Source: an uncultured Porticoccaceae bacterium (GTDB lineage: Bacteria > Pseudomonadota > Gammaproteobacteria > Pseudomonadales > Porticoccaceae). From it: a stretch of 64,000 nucleotides of DNA. The position numbers and the translations under genes were made by a program. This document shows, piece by piece, positions 23,818 to 33,608 of this stretch (position 1 is the stretch's first letter; each line of letters starts with the position of its first letter). The notes below the pieces were generated by a model, which searched no databases, was not told the origin of the DNA, and worked only from the letters and a program-made list of their open reading frames with translations. Location: the NCBI GenBank assembly GCA_965662525.1, contig CBFIHQ010000001.1, forward strand, positions 52,535 through 116,534. The letters run 5' to 3'.

Positions 23818-24429
23818 ATGCTAACAACAATTAAACAACGGTTAAAAAAATACTCACCGCAATCAGATAATTCTGAGTTTTCTGATTTAACACCAAAAGC
23901 AGCGGTGTTCCTCTTGTTGCATGGCGATCCAAATGATCCTCAAGTTATTCTTACTCGTCGCGCTAATCACCTGAGTAGCCATGCCGGCGAGGTAGCTTTT
24001 CCCGGCGGAATGAAAGATAAGAATGATCATGATCTGTTGGCAACCGCCCTTAGAGAGACACAAGAAGAGATTGGTTTAGCATCTAGTAAAATTAATATAT
24101 TGGGTAATTTGCCCACAGATTCGCCGCGTCTAAGCAATATACGGGTGACGCCATTTATGGGATGGGTAAATACGCCTTTTATGTTAACTCCAGACTCTTC
24201 AGAGATAGCCAGTGTATTTAATTTTCCCCTAAGTTTTTTGTTGGATATAAAACATTATCAATATTTTTTTCTAACACAGGGAAAAATTGAACTACCTTAC
24301 GTAAAGTATGAGAATTACAAGATTTGGGGCTTCACTCTTAAAGTAATGGTAGATATGCTTAACAATACATTGAATGCCAAAATAAAGCTTCGCTACCCTA
24401 GTCAAAAACAACTAAAGCAGTTAGGTTAA
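23818..24429 (+). CDS. CoA pyrophosphatase (NudL-like)
   Basis: LTRRANHLSSHAGEVAFPGG, ALRETQEEIG, IWGFT. Confidence 0.9.
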   Translation: MLTTIKQRLKKYSPQSDNSEFSDLTPKAAVFLLLHGDPNDPQVILTRRANHLSSHAGEVAFPGGMKDKNDHDLLATALRETQEEIGLASSKINILGNLPTDSPRLSNIRVTPFMGWVNTPFMLTPDSSEIASVFNFPLSFLLDIKHYQYFFLTQGKIELPYVKYENYKIWGFTLKVMVDMLNNTLNAKIKLRYPSQKQLKQLG

Positions 24430-24435
24430 AAAGTA

Positions 24436-24603
24436 ATGGAAAAACCCGTTTCACCCTGCATCTCAGTATGCCGCTTAAATGATAGGAATATCTGTGAAGG
24501 TTGCTTTCGCACCACGGAAGAAATTAGAAATTGGGTATATCTTGATGATGATCAGCGCCAACAGATTATCGAGGCTTGCTCAGATAGGGCAGAAGAAAGT
24601 TAA
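24436..24603 (+). CDS. DUF1289-family small cysteine-rich protein, 55 aa (below ORF-track cutoff)
   Basis: Translated by hand: MEKPVSPCISVCRLNDRNICEGCFRTTEEIRNW...; SPCxxxC-x7-CxGCxRxxxEIxxW pattern. Confidence 0.85.
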   Translation: MEKPVSPCISVCRLNDRNICEGCFRTTEEIRNWVYLDDDQRQQIIEACSDRAEES

Positions 24604-24608
24604 GTATT

Positions 24609-25889
24609 CTATTTACCACTGGGCGACTTTAATGGGCGCAGTGTCGTAACCTCGACTTTTTTGACCCGAGTACCATTAATTTCTACCGTCTCAAATTTGA
24701 AATTATTGATGGTAAAGCTAACATTGCCATCGGGAATGCTCTGCAATTGTTCAAGCACCAAGCCATTCATTGTTTTCGGGCCATCAAGGGGCAGGGCCCA
24801 GCTAGTGGCCTTATTAATATCGCGAATAGTTGCCGTGCCATCAATAAGAAAACTGCCATTACTTTGCGCAATTACTTCCTCAACTCTATCGGCTTCATTG
24901 GTGGTAAAGTCGCCGACAATTTCTTCCAGAATATCTTCCAGGGTCACAAGGCCCTGAACTTCACCATACTCATCAACCACAATAGCAAAGCGACTGCGCA
25001 TTTTTTTAAAATTGAGAAGCTGGGTGGTAAGTTTGGTGCTTTCAGGAATAAAATAAGCTTCATCGGCAAAGCGTTTAATGGCCTTGTGAGTAATGGTGTC
25101 TGCGCGGAGTAAATGATTGGCTTTTCTTACGTGGAAAATTCCAATAATATTATTGATATCGCCAGAATAAACAGGCTGTCTGGTGTACTCGCAAGATAAA
25201 ATCTGTTCCATCAGAACATCTATATTTTCCTCAAGATCAAGTCCGCTAACTTCATTGCGAGGAATCATAATATCCTCAACCGTCATATTATCCAGATCGA
25301 GAATAGCGCGTAACATACCCTGATTGCTGTTGGAGATTTTATGCCCAGAAAGATCGACCAAGGATTTTAATTCTTCAGAATCTAGACTGTCATCCCTATC
25401 CTTTTTTGGGTCAAAGCCCAAAAGACTAATAAAAGTATTGGTTAATTTGTTAATTGACCACACTAGCGGCGTCATTAGTTGCAGAAGAGGTTTTAGAATA
25501 TGACTGGCTTTAAAGGCAAACCATTCAGGATTCTGAGCCGCAATAGTTTTCGGTGTAACTTCTGAAAAAACCAGCACTAGAATAGTTAGGGTTGCAGTGG
25601 CAACCCAAGGGGCTGCCGCCTCACCAACATAATAAATCGCAAGCATATTGGCAATAATTGCCGCCAGAATATTAACCGCATTGTTACCAATAAGAATCAA
25701 GCCAATAAGGCGATCTGGCATGTTGAGTAGTTTTGCCGCACGTCTGGCTCCCGCACTTTTTTTGCGTTGATGTCGGAGTCGATAGGGGTTGAGGGACATC
25801 ATGCTGGTTTCTGAGCCTGAAAAAAATGCGGACAGAACCAAAAGTGAAAACAGGATGCACCAAAGAATTAGTGGGTGGGAACCTTCCAA
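24609..25889 (-). CDS. HlyC/CorC (CNNM-CBS) family membrane protein, YfjD-like
   Basis: SAFFSGSET, CBS pair, VVDEYGEVQGLVTLEDILEEIVG, CorC domain. Confidence 0.93.
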   Translation of the reverse strand: MEGSHPLILWCILFSLLVLSAFFSGSETSMMSLNPYRLRHQRKKSAGARRAAKLLNMPDRLIGLILIGNNAVNILAAIIANMLAIYYVGEAAAPWVATATLTILVLVFSEVTPKTIAAQNPEWFAFKASHILKPLLQLMTPLVWSINKLTNTFISLLGFDPKKDRDDSLDSEELKSLVDLSGHKISNSNQGMLRAILDLDNMTVEDIMIPRNEVSGLDLEENIDVLMEQILSCEYTRQPVYSGDINNIIGIFHVRKANHLLRADTITHKAIKRFADEAYFIPESTKLTTQLLNFKKMRSRFAIVVDEYGEVQGLVTLEDILEEIVGDFTTNEADRVEEVIAQSNGSFLIDGTATIRDINKATSWALPLDGPKTMNGLVLEQLQSIPDGNVSFTINNFKFETVEINGTRVKKVEVTTLRPLKSPSGK

Positions 25890-25958
25890 AAAATATTAGC
25901 CTCTATAACGTAGATAGCTATGTTGAATGAGATTTTTCAATTTAGCAACAAAATTTAA

Positions 25959-26753
25959 TTAGGTTAAAATAAATTCGATTACGAACTTACTACCTAGATA
26001 GCCCAGTAGGATTCCCGAAAACCCAACCCAAGTCCAATTAATGGCTCGCTGCCCGCGCCAACCGTAGTGATACCTGCCAAAAATAAGCACCGCATAAACC
26101 AGCCAGGCAACAATGCTAAAGGTAACCTTGTGAATTAATTGTTGTGCAAAAAAATCATCATAGACGTAAAAGCCGGTAAGCAATGAAGCGGTAAGTAAAA
26201 TTTCTCCCACCCAAATAAGCTTAAACAGCAAGTTTTCCATGGTCTCAAGTGCTGGCATGGTTCGCATAAGTGCATTTTGATGTTTGTGTTTAAGCTGCCA
26301 GTTTTGATAGCCCACCAAAAGAGCTTGCAGAGCTGCAATAGCCAAAAAGCTATAGGCTATAATTGAGGTGAGAATGTGTGCTTGCAGGCTGTAGGGGATT
26401 ACATCCGTTGATTTTGTGCTAGCGCTAATCAGTGCAAATACCAGCGTGACCGCTGAAACTGGGAAAAGCGCCAAATAAAGACTGTGAATGGGCTTTTTAA
26501 TACTACTCAAGAAAACTAAGCCATTAATGACTAGTGCTAACAACGGAAGAATTTTAAGTAGACTAAGATCCAAGCCGCCGTCGTGGAGTATTAAGCCAAA
26601 GGTAGCAGAGCCGTGGAGAATAATGGCCAAGCCAGTCAAAGCTTGGATTAAATTAATTTTTATTTGTCCTTTATTGGATAGTTTCAGCACATAGGCTATC
26701 CACCCCAAAAGATAGAGTGCAATAGCGCTAGAGCCTAGTATAAAGGTGGTCAT
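25959..26753 (-). CDS. ypjD: Inner-membrane protein YpjD (CcsA-like)
   Basis: About 8 TM helices, HKVTFSIVAW, GWRG, YLGSKFV; divergent from ffh. Confidence 0.88.
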   Translation of the reverse strand: MTTFILGSSAIALYLLGWIAYVLKLSNKGQIKINLIQALTGLAIILHGSATFGLILHDGGLDLSLLKILPLLALVINGLVFLSSIKKPIHSLYLALFPVSAVTLVFALISASTKSTDVIPYSLQAHILTSIIAYSFLAIAALQALLVGYQNWQLKHKHQNALMRTMPALETMENLLFKLIWVGEILLTASLLTGFYVYDDFFAQQLIHKVTFSIVAWLVYAVLIFGRYHYGWRGQRAINWTWVGFSGILLGYLGSKFVIEFILT

Positions 26754-26875
26754 ATTTTAATCCGCATTCAATAGGCATTAAGTTTGGCATATTAACCGCT
26801 ATAGGTGAAGTCTGTAGGCGAATTACTGGTATAATAGGGTTTTAAATCCACGATTTGGAAGCTAGATCAATGGCA

Positions 26876-28258
26876 ATGTTTGAAAATCTTAGTGATCGGC
26901 TATCCCAGAGTTTAAAAAAGATCTCTGGAAAAGCCAGTCTTAGTGAGAGCAATATTCAAGAAACGCTACGCGAGGTTCGTATAGCTCTTCTTGAGGCGGA
27001 TGTTGCATTACCTGTGGTCAAGGATTTTATTGAGCTTGTAAAGCAGCGTGCAGTTGGACGCGAGGTAAGTAGCAGCCTTAATCCAGGACAGCAGTTTCTT
27101 AAGATAGTCCAAGCTGAATTAGAGTCAGTTATGGGGGAAAAAAATGAATCCCTCAATTTAAATGCGCAACCTCCTGCGGTGATTCTTATGGCAGGTCTTC
27201 AGGGTGCGGGCAAGACCACTTCTGTGGCCAAGCTTTCACGGTTTTTAAGTGAGCGTGAAAAGAAAAAAGTTATGGTGGTATCTGCAGATGTATACCGTCC
27301 TGCAGCGATTGAGCAATTAAAAACACTGGCTGGCGAAGTAAATGCTGAATTCTTTCCAAGTTCAGAAGATCAGCGTCCAGTAGATATTGTTAATCAGGCA
27401 ATCGCTGCAGCAAAAACAAAATTTGTCGATGTGTTAATTGTCGATACCGCCGGTCGTTTGGCAGTTGATGAAGAGATGATGGCTGAAATCCAACAGATTC
27501 ACACAGCAGCAAATCCTGTTGAGACACTGTTTGTGATTGATGCCATGATTGGTCAGGATTCAGTTAATACCGCTAAGGCCTTTAATGAAGCTCTTTCACT
27601 GACCGGGGTAATACTGACTAAAGTTGATGGTGATGCCAGAGGTGGTGCGGCGCTTTCTGTTCGTCACGTTACAGGGAAGCCAATTAAATTTTTGGGTGTA
27701 GGTGAAAAAACTGATGCTTTAGAGCCATTTCATCCCGAAAGAATTGCATCTCGCATCTTGGGTATGGGTGATGTACTCAGTCTTATCGAAGATGTCGAGC
27801 GCAAAGTCGATAAGAAAAAGGCCGAAAAATTTGCCAAAAAGGTCGCTAAGGGAAAGCGGTTTGATCTTGAAGACCTGCGTGAGCAACTGCAGCAAATGAA
27901 GCAGTTAGGCGGTATGGAGAGCATGATGGATAAGCTCCCCGGCATGGGTAATATGGCGCAAATGACTCAGCAAAAGGATATGACCGGGCAGTTTAGTAAG
28001 ATGGAATACATTATTGATTCTATGACTCCAAAAGAGCGCGCTAATCCAGACATTCTCAATGGTTCGAGAAAAAGACGCATTACCCAAGGTTCAGGGACAA
28101 CCATTCAAGACTTAAATCGCTTGCTCAAACAGCATAAGCAAATGGGTAAAATGATGAAGAAAATGAAAGGCAAAGGCATGCAAAATATGATGCGTGGTCT
28201 GGGCGGTGGTATGCCTCCGGGCGGCGGGTTACCTCCCGGTGGGTTCCCAAAATTTTAA
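26876..28258 (+). CDS. ffh: Signal recognition particle protein
   Basis: MFENLSDRL start, GLQGAGKTT, DTAGR, TKVDGDARGGAALS, Met-rich M domain. Confidence 0.99.
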   Translation: MFENLSDRLSQSLKKISGKASLSESNIQETLREVRIALLEADVALPVVKDFIELVKQRAVGREVSSSLNPGQQFLKIVQAELESVMGEKNESLNLNAQPPAVILMAGLQGAGKTTSVAKLSRFLSEREKKKVMVVSADVYRPAAIEQLKTLAGEVNAEFFPSSEDQRPVDIVNQAIAAAKTKFVDVLIVDTAGRLAVDEEMMAEIQQIHTAANPVETLFVIDAMIGQDSVNTAKAFNEALSLTGVILTKVDGDARGGAALSVRHVTGKPIKFLGVGEKTDALEPFHPERIASRILGMGDVLSLIEDVERKVDKKKAEKFAKKVAKGKRFDLEDLREQLQQMKQLGGMESMMDKLPGMGNMAQMTQQKDMTGQFSKMEYIIDSMTPKERANPDILNGSRKRRITQGSGTTIQDLNRLLKQHKQMGKMMKKMKGKGMQNMMRGLGGGMPPGGGLPPGGFPKF

Positions 28259-28445
28259 GTGGCTATAAAGATACATTTCAAGGCAAAAGATACAGCTTAA
28301 CAAAGAGGTTTCCTTTCATCTTAATTTCGCGTAATATACCGCGCCTTTCTTAGGCTCATAGCGCATTAGCGTTGTGCGACAAAAAGAGCAGGATTAAATA
28401 GATAATTTGGGACGTCAAAAACGTCCAAAAATAGGGTATCAGTAG

Positions 28446-28697
28446 ATGGTAACAATCAGATTGGCACGCGGTGGTTCAAAAAAACGTCCGTTCTTCCACA
28501 TTACAGTTTCCGATTCACGGAAAGCACGTGATGCTCGCTACATCGAGCGTATTGGGTTCTTTAATCCTATTGCCCGCGGCGGTGAAGAGCGTCTTCGTAT
28601 TGATTTAGACCGCGCAACATACTGGCAGGGTCAAGGTGCACAAATTAGCGATCGTGTTACAGCGTTGCTTAAAGAGGCCGCTAAACAAGCAGCATAA
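28446..28697 (+). CDS. rpsP: 30S ribosomal protein S16
   Basis: [16 protein letters not shown]. Confidence 0.99.
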   Translation: MVTIRLARGGSKKRPFFHITVSDSRKARDARYIERIGFFNPIARGGEERLRIDLDRATYWQGQGAQISDRVTALLKEAAKQAA

Positions 28698-28711
28698 AGG
28701 GAGATTATCCT

Positions 28712-29254
28712 ATGAGCAATAATGAAATTGTTCAAAGGACCCTCGTTGTTGGGCGGATCTCCGCCGTGTTTGGTGTGCGTGGCTGGGTAAAAGTTATGTC
28801 TTTTACTGAGCAAGCAAGCAAGATTTTTGACTATCAACCGTGGCTTGTTGATAAAGATGGCAGGCTTCAATCCATTCAAGTTGATGAATGGAAAACCCAT
28901 AGTGATGGTTTGGTTGCACGACTAAAAGGGATTGATGATCGTGATGTTGCTCGCAGTTGGTGTCTTAAAGATATCCACGTCGATATAGCATTGCTTCCAG
29001 AGCTGAGTACTAGTCAGTTTTATTGGCATCAATTAGAAAGTTTAGTGGTTTATAACCACTTCGATGATACGGTAGAGCGGTTGGGCATTGTGTCATCCCT
29101 TTTAGAAACTGGAGCCAATGACGTCATTGTGGTTAAAGGTGATGCAGAGAGTATTGACCGTCGTGAACGATTAATACCCTACTCGAAACAGTATGTACTG
29201 AATATTGATCTGGGTTCGCAACGCATTGATGTGACTTGGGATCCCGATTTTTAA
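28712..29254 (+). CDS. rimM: Ribosome maturation factor RimM
   Basis: FGVRGWVKV, FYWHQL, ETGANDV, WDPDF. Confidence 0.97.
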   Translation: MSNNEIVQRTLVVGRISAVFGVRGWVKVMSFTEQASKIFDYQPWLVDKDGRLQSIQVDEWKTHSDGLVARLKGIDDRDVARSWCLKDIHVDIALLPELSTSQFYWHQLESLVVYNHFDDTVERLGIVSSLLETGANDVIVVKGDAESIDRRERLIPYSKQYVLNIDLGSQRIDVTWDPDF

Positions 29255-29284
29255 ATAATCGGCATAGGTGATGGAGGTCTGGTT

Positions 29285-30037
29285 ATGAAAATAGCATTGA
29301 TTACTCTGTTTCCAGAAATGTTTGAAGCATTGACTGATTACGGTGTCAGTGGTCGAGCGGTAAGTCAGGGTTTGCTAGAAGTGTCTAGTTTTAATCCTAG
29401 GGATTTTACCGAAGATACGCACTCAACAGTTGATGATCGCCCTTATGGTGGTGGGCCTGGCATGGTTCTTATGGTTGAGCCATTGCGCAAGGCAATCAAT
29501 GCTGCCAAAGAGTGGGTTGATGGCGAATCATTAGTGGTTTACCTGTCTCCTCAGGGTAGTGTTTTACAGCAAGCTGCTGTGAATAATATGGCAAGAGAGC
29601 AGTCTATTATTCTTATAGCAGGGCGTTATGAAGGTATTGATGAGCGATTGATTCAGCTTGAAGTAGATGAGGAATGGTCAATTGGAGACTACGTACTAAG
29701 TGGTGGAGAATTGCCCGCGATGGTCCTAGTCGATGCGTTAATACGACAGATTCCAGGTGCTTTGGGTCACAGTGAGTCTGCTAATCAGGATTCCTTTGCT
29801 GATGGCCTTTTGGACTGTCCGCACTTTACGCGACCTGATAGTTATGAAGATTTAAAAGTTCCAGATGTACTGTTATCTGGAAATCATGAAAAGATTAGAC
29901 GGTGGCGATTACAGCAATCTCTACTAAGAACGCAACAAAGAAGACCAGATTTATTGGACAGGTTAGAGCTTAATACTGAGCAACTAGCCTTACTTAAGGA
30001 AATGAGTGATGCGCTGGCAGATGATGGCAAAGGATAG
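29285..30037 (+). CDS. trmD: tRNA (guanine37-N1)-methyltransferase
   Basis: [31 protein letters not shown]. Confidence 0.99.
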   Translation: MKIALITLFPEMFEALTDYGVSGRAVSQGLLEVSSFNPRDFTEDTHSTVDDRPYGGGPGMVLMVEPLRKAINAAKEWVDGESLVVYLSPQGSVLQQAAVNNMAREQSIILIAGRYEGIDERLIQLEVDEEWSIGDYVLSGGELPAMVLVDALIRQIPGALGHSESANQDSFADGLLDCPHFTRPDSYEDLKVPDVLLSGNHEKIRRWRLQQSLLRTQQRRPDLLDRLELNTEQLALLKEMSDALADDGKG

Positions 30038-30109
30038 AGCCATCCTCTCTGTACAGAGCTCTAAATCAGGTGGCATGCCACCAACCAATGTAAATTGAGG
30101 AGCAAAAAA

Positions 30110-30469
30110 ATGTCAAATAAGATGCCTATCATCGCTGCTTTAGAAGCAGAGCAGATGGAGAAAAAAATCCCGGATTTTGGTCCAGGTGATACAGTTTCGG
30201 TTAAGGTGAAAGTTAAGGAAGGTAATCGCGAGCGCCTACAGGCTTTTGAAGGCGTGGTGTTAGCCAAGCGCAACCGTCAACTTAATTCAGCTTTTACTGT
30301 AAGGAAGATTTCTAATGGTATTGGTGTTGAGCGTACATTCCAAACCTATAGCCCATTAGTCGATAGTATTGAGGTTAAGCGCCGCGGTGCTGTGCGCAGA
30401 GCCAAGCTTTACTATCTTCGTGAGCGTTCAGGAAGATCAGCAAGAATTAAAGAAAAGCTGTCTAAATAG
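30110..30469 (+). CDS. rplS: 50S ribosomal protein L19
   Basis: [22 protein letters not shown]; ATG 30110 after GAGGAG. Confidence 0.99.
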   Translation: MSNKMPIIAALEAEQMEKKIPDFGPGDTVSVKVKVKEGNRERLQAFEGVVLAKRNRQLNSAFTVRKISNGIGVERTFQTYSPLVDSIEVKRRGAVRRAKLYYLRERSGRSARIKEKLSK

Positions 30470-30475
30470 CTCTTC

Positions 30476-30507
30476 AAAAAAGCGATCCAAAGGGTCGCTT
30501 TTTTTTG
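30476..30507 (+). terminator. Intrinsic terminator after rplS
   Basis: AAAAAAGCGATCC-AAA-GGGTCGCTTTTTTTT. Confidence 0.9.
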
Positions 30508-30725
30508 CACTAATTTTCTTATGAAAACCCTAAATATTGCGTCTATTATTAAGTCAGTTACAATAAAAGTGGCGCTAATTATTATCGCGGTATCGGTTTA
30601 ACTTTGGACAATGACTAAGGGGCAGGGATGCTTTATACTCAATTTAACAATATATTTTATAACGAATTGGAAAGCTTGATTTTACACAGAGGCCTATGTT
30701 CTTTTTTAGGTGTGGTGGTTAGATA

Positions 30726-31403
30726 ATGCATATTCTTATAGTAGACGACCATGCTTTTGTCTGTGAAGGCCTGAAGGCTACATTGATCGATAAATTGAAA
30801 GATGTAGAGGTAACAACAACAGAGCGAGGAGAAGAAGTTCTTTCTATTCTTGCCGAAAATGATATTGATTTAATAATTCTGGATCTATTTATGCCCGGGG
30901 GCTATGGTGGTTTTGGTCTTATTGGGCTTGTGAATGAGCGCTATCCTTGCTTGCCAATCATTGTTTTATCAGCATCTGAAAATTCTGCTCATATTAGAAA
31001 GTGTTTGGAGTTGGGGGTGACTTGCTTTGTCACGAAATCAGCTCCCAAAGAGTCATTGTTTGAAGCGATTTCCAAAGCATTAAATGGAGAGCAGTATGTG
31101 CCTAAATATCTTATTGAGGCACTGCCAGATGTTGCTCGAGTGATTGATGAAGTGGACTCTGGGGTTAATGTTGAAATTATTGCCGAATTAATCACAGATA
31201 GACAATTTGATATTTTAAGTTATATAAGCCGCGGGCATTCAAATAAACAAATAGCTCGAGGTTTGGGGCTGTCCGAGAATACAGTTAAAGTTCATGTGAG
31301 CGCTATGTTAAAGTCCCTAGGTTTAACTAATCGAACCCAGGCTGGTATACTTGGTCAGAAACTTGGGTTGGCTGAATCAGTGGATTTAGAATCTGATAAT
31401 TAA
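30726..31403 (+). CDS. NarL/LuxR-family two-component response regulator
   Basis: REC domain (VDDH, LDLFMP, SA, FVTKS) plus LuxR HTH (TDRQ...SNKQIARGLGLSENTVKVHVS...NRTQA). Confidence 0.95.
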   Translation: MHILIVDDHAFVCEGLKATLIDKLKDVEVTTTERGEEVLSILAENDIDLIILDLFMPGGYGGFGLIGLVNERYPCLPIIVLSASENSAHIRKCLELGVTCFVTKSAPKESLFEAISKALNGEQYVPKYLIEALPDVARVIDEVDSGVNVEIIAELITDRQFDILSYISRGHSNKQIARGLGLSENTVKVHVSAMLKSLGLTNRTQAGILGQKLGLAESVDLESDN

Positions 31404-31467
31404 GCATTTTAAAACCACCATAAAACTATAATAACATGCATTTTTTGGCTGTAGAGGGTTTAAATTA

Positions 31468-33561
31468 ATGAAGTCTTCGCGAAATAAAGCATATCTTTTA
31501 GCTCTGGCTTCTGGACTTTTTTCAACCTGTGTGCTGGCAGATTATGGGGTTATCACCGAGGATGATTTATTTGCAGAAATTGATTATGTCTCTGGTGTAA
31601 CTCACCTAAGGCAAGATCTTCAGCAGGTACCTGCTGCAGTGACGATTATTGATCGCAGAACAATAGAGTCATCAACTGCGGTTGATTTGGTGGACTTGTT
31701 TCGTCTAGTTCCTGGCTTTCAAGTTTACTTTCATCATGGTAATAAGCCGGGAGTGACCTATCATGCTCATGGCGGTGAGTACTCTCGTCGCTTAGAGGTC
31801 AAAATTGATGGGCGCTCTGTTTATGAGCCGTTATTATCCTCTGTAGAGTGGAACACTCTGGGTGTTGAGCTGGATGATATTGAGTATATTGAGGTGGTTC
31901 GAGGTTCAAACACGCCAGCCGATGGAAGTAATGCCTTTCTTGCCTCAATTAATATAGTTACTCGTTCGCCATTAGCTAATTTAGATGCTGATTACAGTGT
32001 TGATTATAGTGCTCAGGGCCATAAACGCAGCAAAATTTCGTACTCATCTCATATGGGGCAGCTCGCCTCTCGGGCTTCAATAAAAGTCAGCGATAATGAT
32101 GGATTTGTGGATATTGATGATACGGCAGAAACTGTAACTATGAGATATCAGGGGTTATGGACGCCAACAATACAAGACAGTATTAATTTCCAGTTAGGTT
32201 ATGGTGATACAGACACAACAATTGGCTCTAAGCACTATCTTGATCGTAAATGGAAAAATAAGTATCAGCATATTGCATGGGAAAGAGTGACCAATAATTG
32301 GAGCGATATTGAACTCTCTATTTATCATAATGTAATCAATTTTATGGATGAGGAATTGCCTATAAATGTAGGCGATGTTCTTGGCGAATGGGGTGCTGAT
32401 GAGAATGGTGAGTCAAATAACGAAGATGTCGTTCTTACACCAGAAACTCAAAATATTTTAGAAAATGAACCCAACCAGAAAAAATATATTGTATATCCCA
32501 GTTATTCTCATTATTCCGATCGCTGGGATGCTGACTTAAGAGCCAATATCTATCGCTATGATAACTTGAGGATGAGCCTAGGCTTTGCCTCTAGATATGA
32601 TAGCCTGAGCAGTGCGTTATTTTTAGGTGGCAATCGCACAGTCTCTGAAAACTCTCATAGGTTGTACGCTAATTTAGAGTGGACGGCAAAGGATAATCTA
32701 GTTTTTAACTATGGGCAGGCCATAGAAAAAAGAAGACACAAGGCTGGTACTGATTCATATCGTATTGCAGCAAATTATAAGTTCTCAAATGAACATATTT
32801 TTCGTGTTGCCTCCAGCCAAAGTTTCAGACAGCCAAGCCTTTTAGAGGCAAATCAAAGTTCCACCTATTACTATAATGAAATTGTCATGAATATGCCTGT
32901 TAGGTCGGATATAGATATTGAAAAAGAGCGTTTGATTAGCCGTGAGATAGGGTATTTGGGTTCTTTTCAAGATAAAAACCTCAGTCTTGATATAAGACTA
33001 TTTGAAGAACATCTTACCGATCTTATTGGTGAGCGAAGAGAGCCTTTTATCGGTGAGACGCAGGATATAATTAATATTATAGACAATATTGAAGATCTTG
33101 ATTTGCGTGGGATCGAGTGGCAATTGCAATACAAGCCATCAAATAGCTTAATGATCAATTTTAATCACAGCTATATAAATGCTGAGGGTGATAGTTGGTT
33201 TTATTCTATCACCTCAAATGATGATGTGGCGACGCCAGACTTTGATGTTATTTTACCTCTTGAAGATATGCTGCCTAAGCAGATGAGCAATCTATTGGTT
33301 ACTTATCGAATGCAAAATGGCTTAATGCTCAGTGGTTCTCATCATTATCAATCGGGTTACAAAACCAAAGTAAGTTTATCTGAGCAGCCTTCGGGTAATT
33401 CGCGAGTAGACTTAAAGGCATCTAAGCGATTTCAGTACGGCAATAATTGGCTAGAGTTGTCTTTTACTGCGCAGAATGCTGGCAGTGATTATTCAGAGCA
33501 TCATGCATTTAATATTTTTAAAAGCAAATATATTTTTGGTATAAAAATGGGATCCAATTAG
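31468..33561 (+). CDS. TonB-dependent receptor (plug + beta-barrel), non-siderophore type
   Basis: Signal peptide; plug motifs PAAVTIIDRRTI, DLFRLVPG, IDGRSVY, DDIEYIEVVRG, INIVTR; barrel strands; FRQPSLLE. Confidence 0.9.
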   Translation: MKSSRNKAYLLALASGLFSTCVLADYGVITEDDLFAEIDYVSGVTHLRQDLQQVPAAVTIIDRRTIESSTAVDLVDLFRLVPGFQVYFHHGNKPGVTYHAHGGEYSRRLEVKIDGRSVYEPLLSSVEWNTLGVELDDIEYIEVVRGSNTPADGSNAFLASINIVTRSPLANLDADYSVDYSAQGHKRSKISYSSHMGQLASRASIKVSDNDGFVDIDDTAETVTMRYQGLWTPTIQDSINFQLGYGDTDTTIGSKHYLDRKWKNKYQHIAWERVTNNWSDIELSIYHNVINFMDEELPINVGDVLGEWGADENGESNNEDVVLTPETQNILENEPNQKKYIVYPSYSHYSDRWDADLRANIYRYDNLRMSLGFASRYDSLSSALFLGGNRTVSENSHRLYANLEWTAKDNLVFNYGQAIEKRRHKAGTDSYRIAANYKFSNEHIFRVASSQSFRQPSLLEANQSSTYYYNEIVMNMPVRSDIDIEKERLISREIGYLGSFQDKNLSLDIRLFEEHLTDLIGERREPFIGETQDIINIIDNIEDLDLRGIEWQLQYKPSNSLMINFNHSYINAEGDSWFYSITSNDDVATPDFDVILPLEDMLPKQMSNLLVTYRMQNGLMLSGSHHYQSGYKTKVSLSEQPSGNSRVDLKASKRFQYGNNWLELSFTAQNAGSDYSEHHAFNIFKSKYIFGIKMGSN

Positions 33562-33608
33562 TTCACATAACGAATGTCTTAATTTATTGGTAGGGTATAT
33601 AGAAATTA

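Noticed and set aside
28195-28255. GGMPPGGGLPPGG repeat at the Ffh C-terminus
   Set aside because: Common low-complexity tail of Ffh, not a repeat element
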